Shown here: positions 51,547-61,733 of the stretch, one piece after another
Numbering within the stretch: the first letter of the stretch is position 1
How the letters are laid out: each line of letters opens with the position of its first letter
Assembly: GCA_900553185.1 (NCBI GenBank)
Contig: USCT01000009.1
Coordinates: 677-64,676 of the forward strand
Source: an uncultured Bacteroides sp.
Lineage (GTDB): Bacteria > Bacteroidota > Bacteroidia > Bacteroidales > Bacteroidaceae
Reading direction: 5' to 3'
DNA length: 64,000 nt
Position numbers and translations under genes: made by a program
The notes under the pieces: generated by a model
What the model saw: the letters and a program-made list of their open reading frames with translations, nothing else
Told to the model about the DNA's origin: nothing
Databases searched by the model: none

Positions 51547-52896
51547 TTATTCTCCTCCCGTCAATGTATATGAAATACTTCTGTGTACGGCTATCCACGC
51601 AGGCAACAATACAGACAAGGCATTGAACACCAGACAAGCCGCCAGTACCGTCAGGAACAACGACGGACGCAACAACAAGTCGCTACCCAACACGATACCT
51701 TCCAGTTCCACACCCCCTGTACCGAACAACCATGTACCTCCCGCTACCACCAGCAGACACGACAACACATAGCCCAACACGCCTCCTATCAGAGTGGTAG
51801 ACAGACTCTCGAAAAACAATCGTCCGATAATATCGGCATTGGAAGCCCCATACGCCTTACGGATGGCTATCTCGCCCAACCGGCTCTGCATCTGGGCGTG
51901 AACCAGTCCTGATATGCCTACGGCGGGCACTACCAGCAGAACCACCAGCAACAATCCATAAACCAGTCCCGCATTGATACTTCCATCGCGGAAAAAGGTG
52001 TACTCCGTATGCGTGTACAGACGCGGATCCTGAAGGATATACTCCAGTCCCTGCTTGTTTAGCTGTTCCATCCGGCGATTCACTTCAGCGCGTACTTCCT
52101 CAGCTGAAGTATCTGGCGACAAGTGGAGGACGGTATAATGAAATCCTATCAGACCGCCGGTACTGGTAGAAGGATCCACATTTTCTTCGTTGGTCAATGT
52201 AAACGGTTCCCATACATCGGCATATGCCGTCTGGAAAATGGAGCTTACATTACGTACCACCCCCACGACACGGACCTCCTGGAAATCCAGTAAGAATTGC
52301 TTGCCTACCGCCTCGACGGTTCCTCCGAACAACTCACCCGCCAGTTTTTCACTGATGATGACGAACCGACGTACCACACCGTCGTCCCGGTTGCGGACGC
52401 TCCGCCACTCATCATCCGCCGTTTCGAAAGCAGCCCGTCCGGCATCATACTCAGCCTGAGTAAACGGACGTCCAGCCAGAAAATCGTAACGAAAGAAATC
52501 AAACCAGTTGGCCGCTACGGGACGGAGCAATACCGGATGACGGTCGGACGAGGCAGGCAAGGCACACACTGCCTTCCGCAGACCTCCGTGAAAGGTCAGT
52601 TCATCCACCCCCGGCAGGTCGTCAAAAAAAGCATGGAAGGCTGTCGGTCCCAATCCCCGGTATCCCCACATATTTGTACCGTCGGGACGCATACACTGAG
52701 TGCCATAGTTGTAAAGTACCTGACTACGACGTGTCTCCGGTGCTACATCTGCCGTACGGAAATCATAAACCATCACCACCACCATCACAAAGGCCATGGT
52801 AACCGCCGTTCCTACTACACACACCGCCGTATAGAAACGGTGCTGGTTCAGCTGGTTAAAGAGTAACCGCAAGTTATGTATCCAAGCATATTCCAT
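51547..52896 (-). CDS. MacB/FtsX-type ABC permease, type A
   Basis: GRPFT periplasmic core, VPAVGISG...SRLGEIAIRKAYGA. Confidence 0.88.
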   Translation of the reverse strand: MEYAWIHNLRLLFNQLNQHRFYTAVCVVGTAVTMAFVMVVVMVYDFRTADVAPETRRSQVLYNYGTQCMRPDGTNMWGYRGLGPTAFHAFFDDLPGVDELTFHGGLRKAVCALPASSDRHPVLLRPVAANWFDFFRYDFLAGRPFTQAEYDAGRAAFETADDEWRSVRNRDDGVVRRFVIISEKLAGELFGGTVEAVGKQFLLDFQEVRVVGVVRNVSSIFQTAYADVWEPFTLTNEENVDPSTSTGGLIGFHYTVLHLSPDTSAEEVRAEVNRRMEQLNKQGLEYILQDPRLYTHTEYTFFRDGSINAGLVYGLLLVVLLVVPAVGISGLVHAQMQSRLGEIAIRKAYGASNADIIGRLFFESLSTTLIGGVLGYVLSCLLVVAGGTWLFGTGGVELEGIVLGSDLLLRPSLFLTVLAACLVFNALSVLLPAWIAVHRSISYTLTGGE

Positions 52897-52928
52897 AGTA
52901 AAAAACGTTTATGAACAAATCTAAAAAA

Positions 52929-54227
52929 TTATTCATCGTGCAAGGCCTCGGCAGGCTGTACCTTCATGGCCCGTCTGGCAGGATACCAGATACCCAGGAC
53001 AATCATCAGAGCCATGAGCACAGCCGTCACCGATAAAGCCATACAGAAACGGAGCGCATCGAAAGGCAGGCATGAGACATCCACCAGGTCGGCCATACCG
53101 ATATTCAACGCAATGAGCGAAGCGGGTATCATTGCCACGACAAACAGGAGCAATCCTTCGGTTATCAGACGAATGAACACACCTTGACGGGTACTGCCCA
53201 ACGCCATGCGGAGAGCAACTTCCTGACGGCGGTGCTGCGTACGGAACCAGAAGGTACCGATAACACCCAGGAAGATATTGAGCAGCAGGAAGCCCAGGAT
53301 GCAGAGCTGCGTCTTGACTTCGTTCACATCTTCCAGTTCCTCAATCGTACGTAACTGATGGAAAGGCAATATATTCAAAATATACACATTGCCTATGCGG
53401 TAAAGCCGATCGGCATCGTCCATCAACGCTTCAGCAAAGTCATGGTCAGCTTCCGGCTTTACACGCACACTCAATTGCAAATAAGCCGGATTACCGAATT
53501 CAATCATAACCTCACGTGGAAGGTCGGTAGCGATAAAAGGTCCTCCCCACTGGTCGGAAGTCTGGAAATGGCTCCAGCGCATGGGTTCAGCAATACCGGC
53601 TACCCGCATCCGGAAGTCATTATCGGGTTCCCCAAAAGGTAGTTGCCTCCCCAGTAATGAAGTGGCGTCGGACATGTGAAGTTCCTCATAAGCAGCCGCC
53701 ACATTGCGAGACAGAATGAGGGTACCCGGATTCAATACGGAAGCCAAGGAATCGGAACTTGTGGTATAGACCGTTTTGCCATCCTCTCTCTGTATGGCCA
53801 CGCCCCGGATACGGAACAGACGCATAAAATCCGGTTGTGCCCAGCGGTGCATGGCATGAACAGGTACCGTGTCTACACACACCGTGAATCCATTGCTACC
53901 GTCTCCATAAGGAATACTGTTCTGAGAGATGGCTACTTCTTCCACACCGGGACGATGACGCAGGCGTTCGGCTATCTCCAATAGATCATCCATATCGTTT
54001 TCCGGCGTACGTTCGGCTTCATAAAGGGATGAATTAGGTGTCAGACGGTTCAGCATCAAGCAATAGCAATGATTGGCATCAAAGCCCATCGGCGAAAAAT
54101 AGACACGTGCCGTTACACAACACCAGTCTACGATGTACCACAATACCACAAAGACTACCAGCAATTCCAACGCCAGGAAAAAGTTGCCTCGCCATTCATT
54201 TCTTAATTGTCGGAATATCGTTCTCAT
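52929..54227 (-). CDS. MacB/FtsX-type ABC permease, type B
   Basis: MRTIFRQLRNEW...LELLVV; GTFWFRT; AEALHDE. Confidence 0.9.
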   Translation of the reverse strand: MRTIFRQLRNEWRGNFFLALELLVVFVVLWYIVDWCCVTARVYFSPMGFDANHCYCLMLNRLTPNSSLYEAERTPENDMDDLLEIAERLRHRPGVEEVAISQNSIPYGDGSNGFTVCVDTVPVHAMHRWAQPDFMRLFRIRGVAIQREDGKTVYTTSSDSLASVLNPGTLILSRNVAAAYEELHMSDATSLLGRQLPFGEPDNDFRMRVAGIAEPMRWSHFQTSDQWGGPFIATDLPREVMIEFGNPAYLQLSVRVKPEADHDFAEALMDDADRLYRIGNVYILNILPFHQLRTIEELEDVNEVKTQLCILGFLLLNIFLGVIGTFWFRTQHRRQEVALRMALGSTRQGVFIRLITEGLLLFVVAMIPASLIALNIGMADLVDVSCLPFDALRFCMALSVTAVLMALMIVLGIWYPARRAMKVQPAEALHDE

Positions 54228-54281
54228 AAAGTGTTTTATTCTCTGTTTTTCACAAATTATCTGCAAGTGTCCGTCACTTGC

Positions 54282-55565
54282 TTACATTTTTCCGTTTATC
54301 GATTCTACGATGTTCATCCGCGAAGCCCTCCAGGCCGGAATTCCCGCACTGAGCAGGTTCATCAGCAGACAGAAGGCAAAGGCTACCAGAAATATCCACG
54401 GACTAAGTAAGGTACCTGCCGTCAAGGTAGTCTCTCCGGAATAATAGGCATTGGTGGAATTTCCGAACAAAAAACCGTTCAATACAAACGTGGCCGCATA
54501 GCTCAACAACAACCCCAGCAGGCCGGCCAGACAGGTCAGCAGCAGGTTCTCCAGGAAGACCTGACGCATCAGCTCGTTGGCCGTGGCGCCGAAAGCCTTG
54601 CGCACTCCGATTTCCGCCATCCGCTTACGCATCCTCGACAGGGTCATGCTGCTCAGGTTAATAGCTGGTACAATAAGTAGAATGAGTATTACGACAACAT
54701 AACGTAGAACTACGCCTTGAATATCGGGCTCCTGGCTCCATGTACGGTAAAGATGAGTGAACTGTGTATCAGGCTGTCCGCGGTAAAACACCTCTACCCC
54801 GTCTTGTGCGTCGTTGTATTTCTGCCGCAAGCGTTCACATTCCTGACGTATGGCCGGAAAATCCGTCCTGCTATGAGCCAGGATAACGGCACGCATCGGC
54901 CCCATCAGGTTGTAGCCCCACGAATTGGCCTCGGCATCGCCCGCCGTGTAAGGTATCCACACCTGTGCGTAGGCATCCGTAGCCAGCATGGAGACGTCTG
55001 CCACGACGCCGCACACCCGGAAATCCACGTGATTCAATTCCAAGTGTTGTCCTGTCACATCGGTACGTCCGAACAGACGACGAGCTACGGAAGCAGCTAT
55101 AACAACCCGTGGCAATCCACTCTGTACATCGGATCCGGTAAAAGGTTTCCCGTCAAGAAAACGGAATTGGAAGATTTTCCAAAAAGCCTCATCGGTCTCT
55201 ATCTTATCAGCAGTCATTTTGACTCCTGCCGGTAACGAAGCCCGCACCTTGCCAGGCTGCGATACCAAAGTAACGGCCTCGGCGGTAGTCAATGCCTTGA
55301 AGCACTCCCGCCCTGTCTGCACAGACATCCGCGAGTTGGCAGAACTACCGCTGGTATCTCCCTTGGCCCGGTAAGACATATTGGGCACATAAAGAGAACG
55401 ACTACGGTTCACCTCCGGCTCGCAGTCGGCCACGCGTACCCGCAGGGTGATGACGATGACCATGATCATACAGATGGAAAGTGCGGTACCCAGTATGGAA
55501 ATCCAACTGATGACAGGATTCTCGCGCAGGTGCCAGAGAGCTTGTTTAAAGTATTGTGCAAACAT
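54282..55565 (-). CDS. MacB/FtsX-type ABC permease, type A
   Basis: YFKQA; PAINLSSM...EIGVRKAFGA. Confidence 0.9.
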   Translation of the reverse strand: MFAQYFKQALWHLRENPVISWISILGTALSICMIMVIVITLRVRVADCEPEVNRSRSLYVPNMSYRAKGDTSGSSANSRMSVQTGRECFKALTTAEAVTLVSQPGKVRASLPAGVKMTADKIETDEAFWKIFQFRFLDGKPFTGSDVQSGLPRVVIAASVARRLFGRTDVTGQHLELNHVDFRVCGVVADVSMLATDAYAQVWIPYTAGDAEANSWGYNLMGPMRAVILAHSRTDFPAIRQECERLRQKYNDAQDGVEVFYRGQPDTQFTHLYRTWSQEPDIQGVVLRYVVVILILLIVPAINLSSMTLSRMRKRMAEIGVRKAFGATANELMRQVFLENLLLTCLAGLLGLLLSYAATFVLNGFLFGNSTNAYYSGETTLTAGTLLSPWIFLVAFAFCLLMNLLSAGIPAWRASRMNIVESINGKM

Positions 55566-55589
55566 ACTGTTCTTTCTTTTTCAGTTGAA

Positions 55590-56855
55590 TCATTCATCGT
55601 GCAAGGCTTCGGCAGGCTGTACCTTCATGGCACGGCGGGCAGGAATAGCAATGCCGATACCTATCATCAAGGCTATCAAAACAAACGTAGCGAAAGCACA
55701 AAGCAACAAACGGTCCCATTCCAGTGTCGTTCCGTTTCGCCAGGCATTCAGTTCATTCTGGGCAAGTACGATGTCGATAACAATGGCAGGTATCGTCACA
55801 ACGACCAGAAGAAACCAACCTTCGGACATGAGCCGTCGGAAAACATCGCCATTGGTAGCTCCGATTGCCTTATGTAAGGCAATCTCGGAATGCCGTTGCT
55901 GGGTACGGAACCAGAAAGTTCCCAGCAGACCGAGAAAGATATTGAGCAGCAAGAAGCCCATACCTACGATGTAGTTACGCAATTCATTGGCATAGGATTG
56001 CTGGTAATTCCGGCGGATATCCACAAAACTACGTATATCACTGATGTAGAGGTTTCCTACTCGGAACTGTTTTTCACTATCAGCCTTCAAGTTCTCAATG
56101 AAATTCTTATCATGATCAGCACGGACACGGACACAAAGTTCGTTGTCCGCATTGATCCATTCTTCGCCTATCAAGTTCAAGTTATACAACATCGAGTAAC
56201 AGAAACGTCCCTGCTCGTAATCACTGTAACGGACATTCTGCAAGGCAGCTCCCAAACGGTATTCCGTACTATCATCAGGACTACTCCAATTGAAACGGAA
56301 TGCCTTTTTACCCACCAGCGAAGTCATAGATATCTGATAGTGAAGATACAGGTTGTCAGAAGCCAGGAAATCACCCCGTTCCAGAAGTTCCGCCAATTGC
56401 TCGGGTGTTTCTCCACGAGTTCCCTTGTATTGGAATACACGGCAAAAGTCGGGAGTTGCCAAACGGCGAATAGTCCAATTGGGAGCATGTAGAGTATCAT
56501 ACATCACATCCAGTCCCGAATTGCTGCCGTTGTAAGGATAGGAGTTCTGCGAAAGACTGACCGCCTCCACTTCCGGACGATGGCGCAGACGCTCCACCAA
56601 TTCACGAACCTCATCACTTTGCTTGTGAGTATCGCTATAAGGTGTGAAATCAGGGCTCTTATCGGTAAGTACCCCCATTTCTATCAGGTAACAATGCTCG
56701 GTATTGAATCCGCGCGGTTCCATATATGTCGCAATGCGGCTATAAAGTAGGTCGATGATGTACCACATCACCACACTCACTACCAGCAACTCCAACGCCA
56801 GCCACAGGTTACTATGCCATTCATTGCGTATTTGTGTAAATAATTTCTTTTCCAT
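55590..56855 (-). CDS. MacB/FtsX-type ABC permease, type B
   Basis: QIRNEW...LELLVV; GTFWFRT; AEALHDE. Confidence 0.9.
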   Translation of the reverse strand: MEKKLFTQIRNEWHSNLWLALELLVVSVVMWYIIDLLYSRIATYMEPRGFNTEHCYLIEMGVLTDKSPDFTPYSDTHKQSDEVRELVERLRHRPEVEAVSLSQNSYPYNGSNSGLDVMYDTLHAPNWTIRRLATPDFCRVFQYKGTRGETPEQLAELLERGDFLASDNLYLHYQISMTSLVGKKAFRFNWSSPDDSTEYRLGAALQNVRYSDYEQGRFCYSMLYNLNLIGEEWINADNELCVRVRADHDKNFIENLKADSEKQFRVGNLYISDIRSFVDIRRNYQQSYANELRNYIVGMGFLLLNIFLGLLGTFWFRTQQRHSEIALHKAIGATNGDVFRRLMSEGWFLLVVVTIPAIVIDIVLAQNELNAWRNGTTLEWDRLLLCAFATFVLIALMIGIGIAIPARRAMKVQPAEALHDE

Positions 56856-56890
56856 ATTCGATATTTTAGTCGACTCCCTATTCAGTTAAC

Positions 56891-58183
56891 TTAATGATTC
56901 TTTCCTCCTATCGCTTCTACAATATTCATCCTTGACGCACGCCAGGCAGGAATGCCAGTACTCAGCAAATTCAAAATAAAGCAGAAAAGCAAAGCCCAAC
57001 CGAAGGTAGAAGCATGTACTAGAATGGACGCATCCACAGTAGGAGGATTGAGAGTCATGCTATATTGCTGGGCAAAAATCAATTCATTACCCCAATAAGC
57101 GAAAAGGAAACTCATCAACAAACCCAAGATACCGGCCAGCAAGGTAATGACCAGATTTTCTCCCAATATCTGTCCCAAAAGTTTCATACGGGTACATCCG
57201 AAAGCACGGCGTACTCCGATTTCACTGATGCGTCGGCGCAAACGGCTCTGGGTCATACTACTCAGATTGATAGCCGGCACAATGAGCAAAATAAGAAAAA
57301 TGATAAAACGGTTACGACGTTCAACTTTTACATCGGGCTCCCAATTAGCACCGGTGGCAAGTACATTCTTTTCCTGATCGTAAGGACGGTTACGGTTGAT
57401 GAATTTCCATCCGTTTTCGCCTATCAACTTGTTGTATTCGTCCAACCGACGGTTCGCCTCCTCACGGATAGCCGGAAAATCACTACGATTTCGTGCCAAT
57501 ATGGTACAACTGACAAATCCCATCAAATCTCCGTTCCAGGTATTGTTTACCTGGTCAGTCGATGTATAGGGAACCCACACTTGACCATAAGCGGTCTCGG
57601 CTAACGTAGAGACATCTTTCACTACTCCGCACACCCGATAAGGCGCATGAGCCAACAGGAATTCCTTACCTGTCACTTGGGTAGTTTTGAATAGGTGTCG
57701 TGCCACACTCTCGGTGATGACCGCTACAGGCTGCCCGGCATTGAAGGTAGCCTGATTGTAAGGTTTTCCATCGATGAAAGCAAAATCAAAAACCGTCCAG
57801 AACTGATTATCGGTTTCACGTACATCCACCGAGATGGCAGGTTGTTCCGGTAAACTCACCGGACGGGATTCCGAATAAACAGAATAAATAGTCACCGCTT
57901 CGGGGGTGGTCATCTTCCCGTATACTTCACGAGCGGTCCGCACACTCAACGGACCGTTACTAGTACTCTCTCCCCAAGCCTTGTTCGTAATACTTCCCCA
58001 CTTTACATGCAGGAACCGGTCACGGTTACTCTCGGGTGAGAAAGGAGCTACCTTCACCTGTTGCATCATCACCACCAGCATGATGAGAAAAATGGAAAGG
58101 GCCGTACCCGCCACCGTCACCGCGCTGATAAGTGGTTGCTGGCGGAGTTGTGCCCATGCCTGTTGAAAATATTGCTTAATCAT
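56891..58183 (-). CDS. MacB/FtsX-type ABC permease, type A
   Basis: YFQQA; PAINLSSM...EIGVRRAFG. Confidence 0.9.
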   Translation of the reverse strand: MIKQYFQQAWAQLRQQPLISAVTVAGTALSIFLIMLVVMMQQVKVAPFSPESNRDRFLHVKWGSITNKAWGESTSNGPLSVRTAREVYGKMTTPEAVTIYSVYSESRPVSLPEQPAISVDVRETDNQFWTVFDFAFIDGKPYNQATFNAGQPVAVITESVARHLFKTTQVTGKEFLLAHAPYRVCGVVKDVSTLAETAYGQVWVPYTSTDQVNNTWNGDLMGFVSCTILARNRSDFPAIREEANRRLDEYNKLIGENGWKFINRNRPYDQEKNVLATGANWEPDVKVERRNRFIIFLILLIVPAINLSSMTQSRLRRRISEIGVRRAFGCTRMKLLGQILGENLVITLLAGILGLLMSFLFAYWGNELIFAQQYSMTLNPPTVDASILVHASTFGWALLFCFILNLLSTGIPAWRASRMNIVEAIGGKNH

Positions 58184-58214
58184 TTTGTGTCATGTTTTAT
58201 TCAGTTCATCTATA

Positions 58215-58886
58215 TTATCCCACCTGACGTCCGTCGAAGAAACGTACCGTACGTGAAGTCTGTTTGGCCTGTTCTTCGTTGTGTGTCACCATTACAATGG
58301 TACGTCCGTCTTCCTGATTGAGCTGATGCAACAACTCCATTACTTCGGCTCCCATCTTTGAATCCAGGTTACCGGTCGGTTCGTCGGCCAAAATGATTTC
58401 CGGATTTCCGATAATGGCACGGGCAATAGCCACACGCTGGCACTGACCACCGGAAAGCTGGGTTGGCATGTGACGCATACGATGGCTTAATCCGACCTTT
58501 TTCAACACTTCTTCGGCCAGATGACGGCGTTCCTTCGCTGATACATTCCGGTACAGGAGCGGAAGCTCTACGTTGTCTATCACATTCAAGGAATTGATCA
58601 GATGAAACGACTGGAAGACAAATCCCAGGTTTTTGTTACGGAAAGCAGCCAGTTCCTTGTCTTTCATACCTTCTACCCGTGTACCAGCTATCTGAATGGT
58701 TCCGCTCGTCGGAGTATCCAGTAGTCCCATAATATTCAGTAAGGTTGATTTTCCGCATCCGGAAGGTCCCATAATACTGAGAAATTCTCCTTTTTCCACA
58801 TTCAGGTTCACGTTTTCCAATGCCTGAGTCTCTATTTCATTGGTACGGTAAATCTTGTTGATTCCTGTTAATTCAATCATATTCAT
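58215..58886 (-). CDS. ABC ATP-binding protein (LolD/MacB family)
   Basis: GPSGCGKS, LSGGQ, ADEPTGNLD, VTH. Confidence 0.96.
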   Translation of the reverse strand: MNMIELTGINKIYRTNEIETQALENVNLNVEKGEFLSIMGPSGCGKSTLLNIMGLLDTPTSGTIQIAGTRVEGMKDKELAAFRNKNLGFVFQSFHLINSLNVIDNVELPLLYRNVSAKERRHLAEEVLKKVGLSHRMRHMPTQLSGGQCQRVAIARAIIGNPEIILADEPTGNLDSKMGAEVMELLHQLNQEDGRTIVMVTHNEEQAKQTSRTVRFFDGRQVG

Positions 58887-58942
58887 AGTCTAATCGTTAT
58901 TAAGTGATACATTTTTCTGTCTTCAATGCTATTATCAGATAG

Positions 58943-59020
58943 TCAAAAGTCGTGCCAAAAACAATTCTCACTGAAAATCTGCATCTTAGCAAAATTAAGG
59001 GTGTCCGTTTCCGAACACCC
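58943..59020 (-). promoter_or_regulatory. sigma54-type promoter with upstream palindrome
   Basis: Minus-strand TGGCAC-GACTT-TTGA at 58943-58957; GGGTGTCCG-TTTC-CGAACACCC at 58999-59020. Confidence 0.55.
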
Positions 59021-59042
59021 TGTCCGCTTTTATCGTACGGTT

Positions 59043-60341
59043 TCATTCATCGCGCAAGGCTTCCGTAGGTGAAACGGTACTTATCCTCCGGGCCGGAATG
59101 TAAATACCTACCAATACCACAACCAATAGTACAAAATAGATAATCAGAGACACGATACAGAAATGCAGACCGAAATTCTGTACCCAATAAGAACCGGTCG
59201 TTTCCATGCCTGTCTGCCCTTGAGCCAATCCTTCACTGATAGTATATTGCAAATAAAGGACACATCCTACCAAAGTAGAAATACTGGCAAGCACAACTCC
59301 CTCGCCCAACAGGAAACGAACAATATCTCCCCGCGTAGCACCGTAAGACAACATAACCCCAACTTCTTCACGACGATTGCGAGTCTGCACCCAAAATGTT
59401 CCAGACACACCCAGACACAAATTGATAAGGAAGAACACCGCCATCGCCACATTTCGCTGATAAAGTGTCATCGTTCCCGTATTATACTCGCGTTTGGCTA
59501 TCAATTGCTGATAAGACTCTACCTTCTGTGCATACAAATTACCGGCACGCAGTTCACGCACCATCCACGGATGAAACCGGTGCAAGAACCGATCCATACT
59601 AACCCCTTCTTTCAACCGAACCAATATTTTTACATCACTAGGAAAATAACTCAAGTCAATGGAATTCATTGGAATAAAAGTCACAGGTATGGGTTGCCAG
59701 TCACTATACATACGGAAAGTACCTGTAGTACCTACTACATTCGTATACAGTGTGTCTTTGCTACTAATTTGCCAAAAGCGGCATCCCTGAGGATTGTCTG
59801 TATGAAAGAATGTTTCCAGTGTATTTTCCGAAAGTACCAAATCACCATCCTTGTAAGGATAATCTGAAAGTTCTTCCAATGTCATTCCCTTGCCCGGACG
59901 AAAGCCATACGTTTCGAAAAACTGTGTATGAGGCAAAAACTCTATGTAACGCATCCGACAAGGAATGGTATCTCCTACAGGCATACGTGTCGTAATTCCT
60001 TGTCCTTGCGAGTTAGGATAAAGCCACCCTAAAATAGGAGTAGCATGCTCCACCTCGGGGTAGTTGCGCACACGCTGCACAAGGTTATCGTAGGCCTGCA
60101 TCAGCGAGGCCGAATCTGTGGCCTGTCTGTCGAAACCGGGAGCATTGGGGCGGAATACATTTAACGACACCAAACAGAGGCGATCGGCATCATATCCCAA
60201 AGGAATCATCCGGTCGTGCGTCACAACCACCACAGGGTCAAATATCGCCCACGACACGATGCACACAACAATCAATTCGGCCAGCAGCCAGCCGTTGCGA
60301 TGCCGACGGGACCATAAGGTTTTAAGAATGAGTTTAAACAT
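59043..60341 (-). CDS. MacB/FtsX-type ABC permease, type B
   Basis: NGWLLAEL; GTFWVQT; TEALRDE. Confidence 0.88.
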   Translation of the reverse strand: MFKLILKTLWSRRHRNGWLLAELIVVCIVSWAIFDPVVVVTHDRMIPLGYDADRLCLVSLNVFRPNAPGFDRQATDSASLMQAYDNLVQRVRNYPEVEHATPILGWLYPNSQGQGITTRMPVGDTIPCRMRYIEFLPHTQFFETYGFRPGKGMTLEELSDYPYKDGDLVLSENTLETFFHTDNPQGCRFWQISSKDTLYTNVVGTTGTFRMYSDWQPIPVTFIPMNSIDLSYFPSDVKILVRLKEGVSMDRFLHRFHPWMVRELRAGNLYAQKVESYQQLIAKREYNTGTMTLYQRNVAMAVFFLINLCLGVSGTFWVQTRNRREEVGVMLSYGATRGDIVRFLLGEGVVLASISTLVGCVLYLQYTISEGLAQGQTGMETTGSYWVQNFGLHFCIVSLIIYFVLLVVVLVGIYIPARRISTVSPTEALRDE

Positions 60342-60346
60342 AGTCC

Positions 60347-61666
60347 TTATCTTTTTTCATAAAGTGAACATACTATCGGATTACGCAGAGACAACCATGC
60401 CGGTATGAGAGCCGAAAGTATGTTCAGTATCAAACAGAACAGTAAAGTTATCAGAAAAACGGAAGGTGCAAACAGCATTTCACCCGATACATAGACATCA
60501 GTTCCTTCAGGTACCAGCCATGTATAACGATCGAACACACGGAACACCCATTCCCGACAACCATACAAAGCAATCCAAGCTACTACCATGCCCAGTACTC
60601 CCCCAACCAAAGTCAACAGGAAATTCTCCCAAAGCATTTGCAAGAGCAATTTGCTTCTTCTCCCCCCAAAAGCCTTGCGAATACCCATTTCAGGCAAACG
60701 GCTTTCCATGCGGCTGGCTATTAGCCCACTCAAATTCAATGCAGGCACCAGCAACAAAGTCAACAATATGAACAATAGATATCGAACAGCTCTCCACCAG
60801 TTGCCATCTTCCCCACCGACCGACATCATCAAAGACGCACGTAAATGGGAAACCGGGTCATCCTCAATGTTCATCTTCAGACCGTCGGTTTCGTGTAACA
60901 GATTCTGCTTCCGCACAATTTCATAAACTTCTTCACACATGGCCTTGCCTTGCTTTCCGTCCTCCACCCATACCGTCACCTGAAAGGGGCCACAATAAGG
61001 GACTTCTGAATATGCCGGGTCACGATATCCTTCCATCGTACTATAAGGCACATACAGGTCTGCATACGAACGGGTTGTCAGATGACTGGCGCCACGAACC
61101 ACCCCGCAAACTTGATAGGTTTCGTAATCCAGCAGGAACTGACATCCGACAACCCCGTTCTCCTTTCCAAACAAACGACGGGCCAACTTATCAGTAATAA
61201 CAGCTTTGCGAATGCCGCTTTCCAGGTCAGACTGAGTAAAAGGTTGCCCATCGAAAAAGGAAAACGCATAAATCCGAAAATAAGCCGGATCAGTTTCTAT
61301 AATCCGCACCGGAAAATCGCCGCTACGGTCGGAAGGCTGAATGTATTTTACTGCTCCGAAAGTGGAAGCACTTACCTCACGGGCATTCTTCAACGGATAG
61401 AACCATTCCTGCAACGCCCTATACGAGTAAGCATAACTCCACGACTGAAAACGACCGTCCTTGTTTCGCTCGAAAGAAGTTCCAGACAAGTAATACGTAT
61501 TTCCGCGGTTAACTTCCGGATACACAGGTGCCAGCTTCACATAATAAACTACTGCTACAATCACCGTCATGGTGATAGCCAGCCCCGTACCGACTATGTA
61601 AAGTGTACTGAAAAGGCGGTTCTGCCTCATCAACATAAGGGCCTGTTTAAAATAAACCTTTATCAT
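60347..61666 (-). CDS. MacB/FtsX-type ABC permease, type A
   Basis: YFKQA; PALNLSG...EMGIRKAFG. Confidence 0.88.
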   Translation of the reverse strand: MIKVYFKQALMLMRQNRLFSTLYIVGTGLAITMTVIVAVVYYVKLAPVYPEVNRGNTYYLSGTSFERNKDGRFQSWSYAYSYRALQEWFYPLKNAREVSASTFGAVKYIQPSDRSGDFPVRIIETDPAYFRIYAFSFFDGQPFTQSDLESGIRKAVITDKLARRLFGKENGVVGCQFLLDYETYQVCGVVRGASHLTTRSYADLYVPYSTMEGYRDPAYSEVPYCGPFQVTVWVEDGKQGKAMCEEVYEIVRKQNLLHETDGLKMNIEDDPVSHLRASLMMSVGGEDGNWWRAVRYLLFILLTLLLVPALNLSGLIASRMESRLPEMGIRKAFGGRRSKLLLQMLWENFLLTLVGGVLGMVVAWIALYGCREWVFRVFDRYTWLVPEGTDVYVSGEMLFAPSVFLITLLFCLILNILSALIPAWLSLRNPIVCSLYEKR

Positions 61667-61733
61667 TTATATCTTTTCGTTTTAAAACACTCAACACTGG
61701 AATATCATGCTTCTGTCAACATATCCCACGCTA

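Noticed and set aside
50290..53020. Diversity-generating retroelement TR/VR pair
   Set aside because: Both repeats are coding ends, the differences are synonymous, and there is no reverse transcriptase in the window
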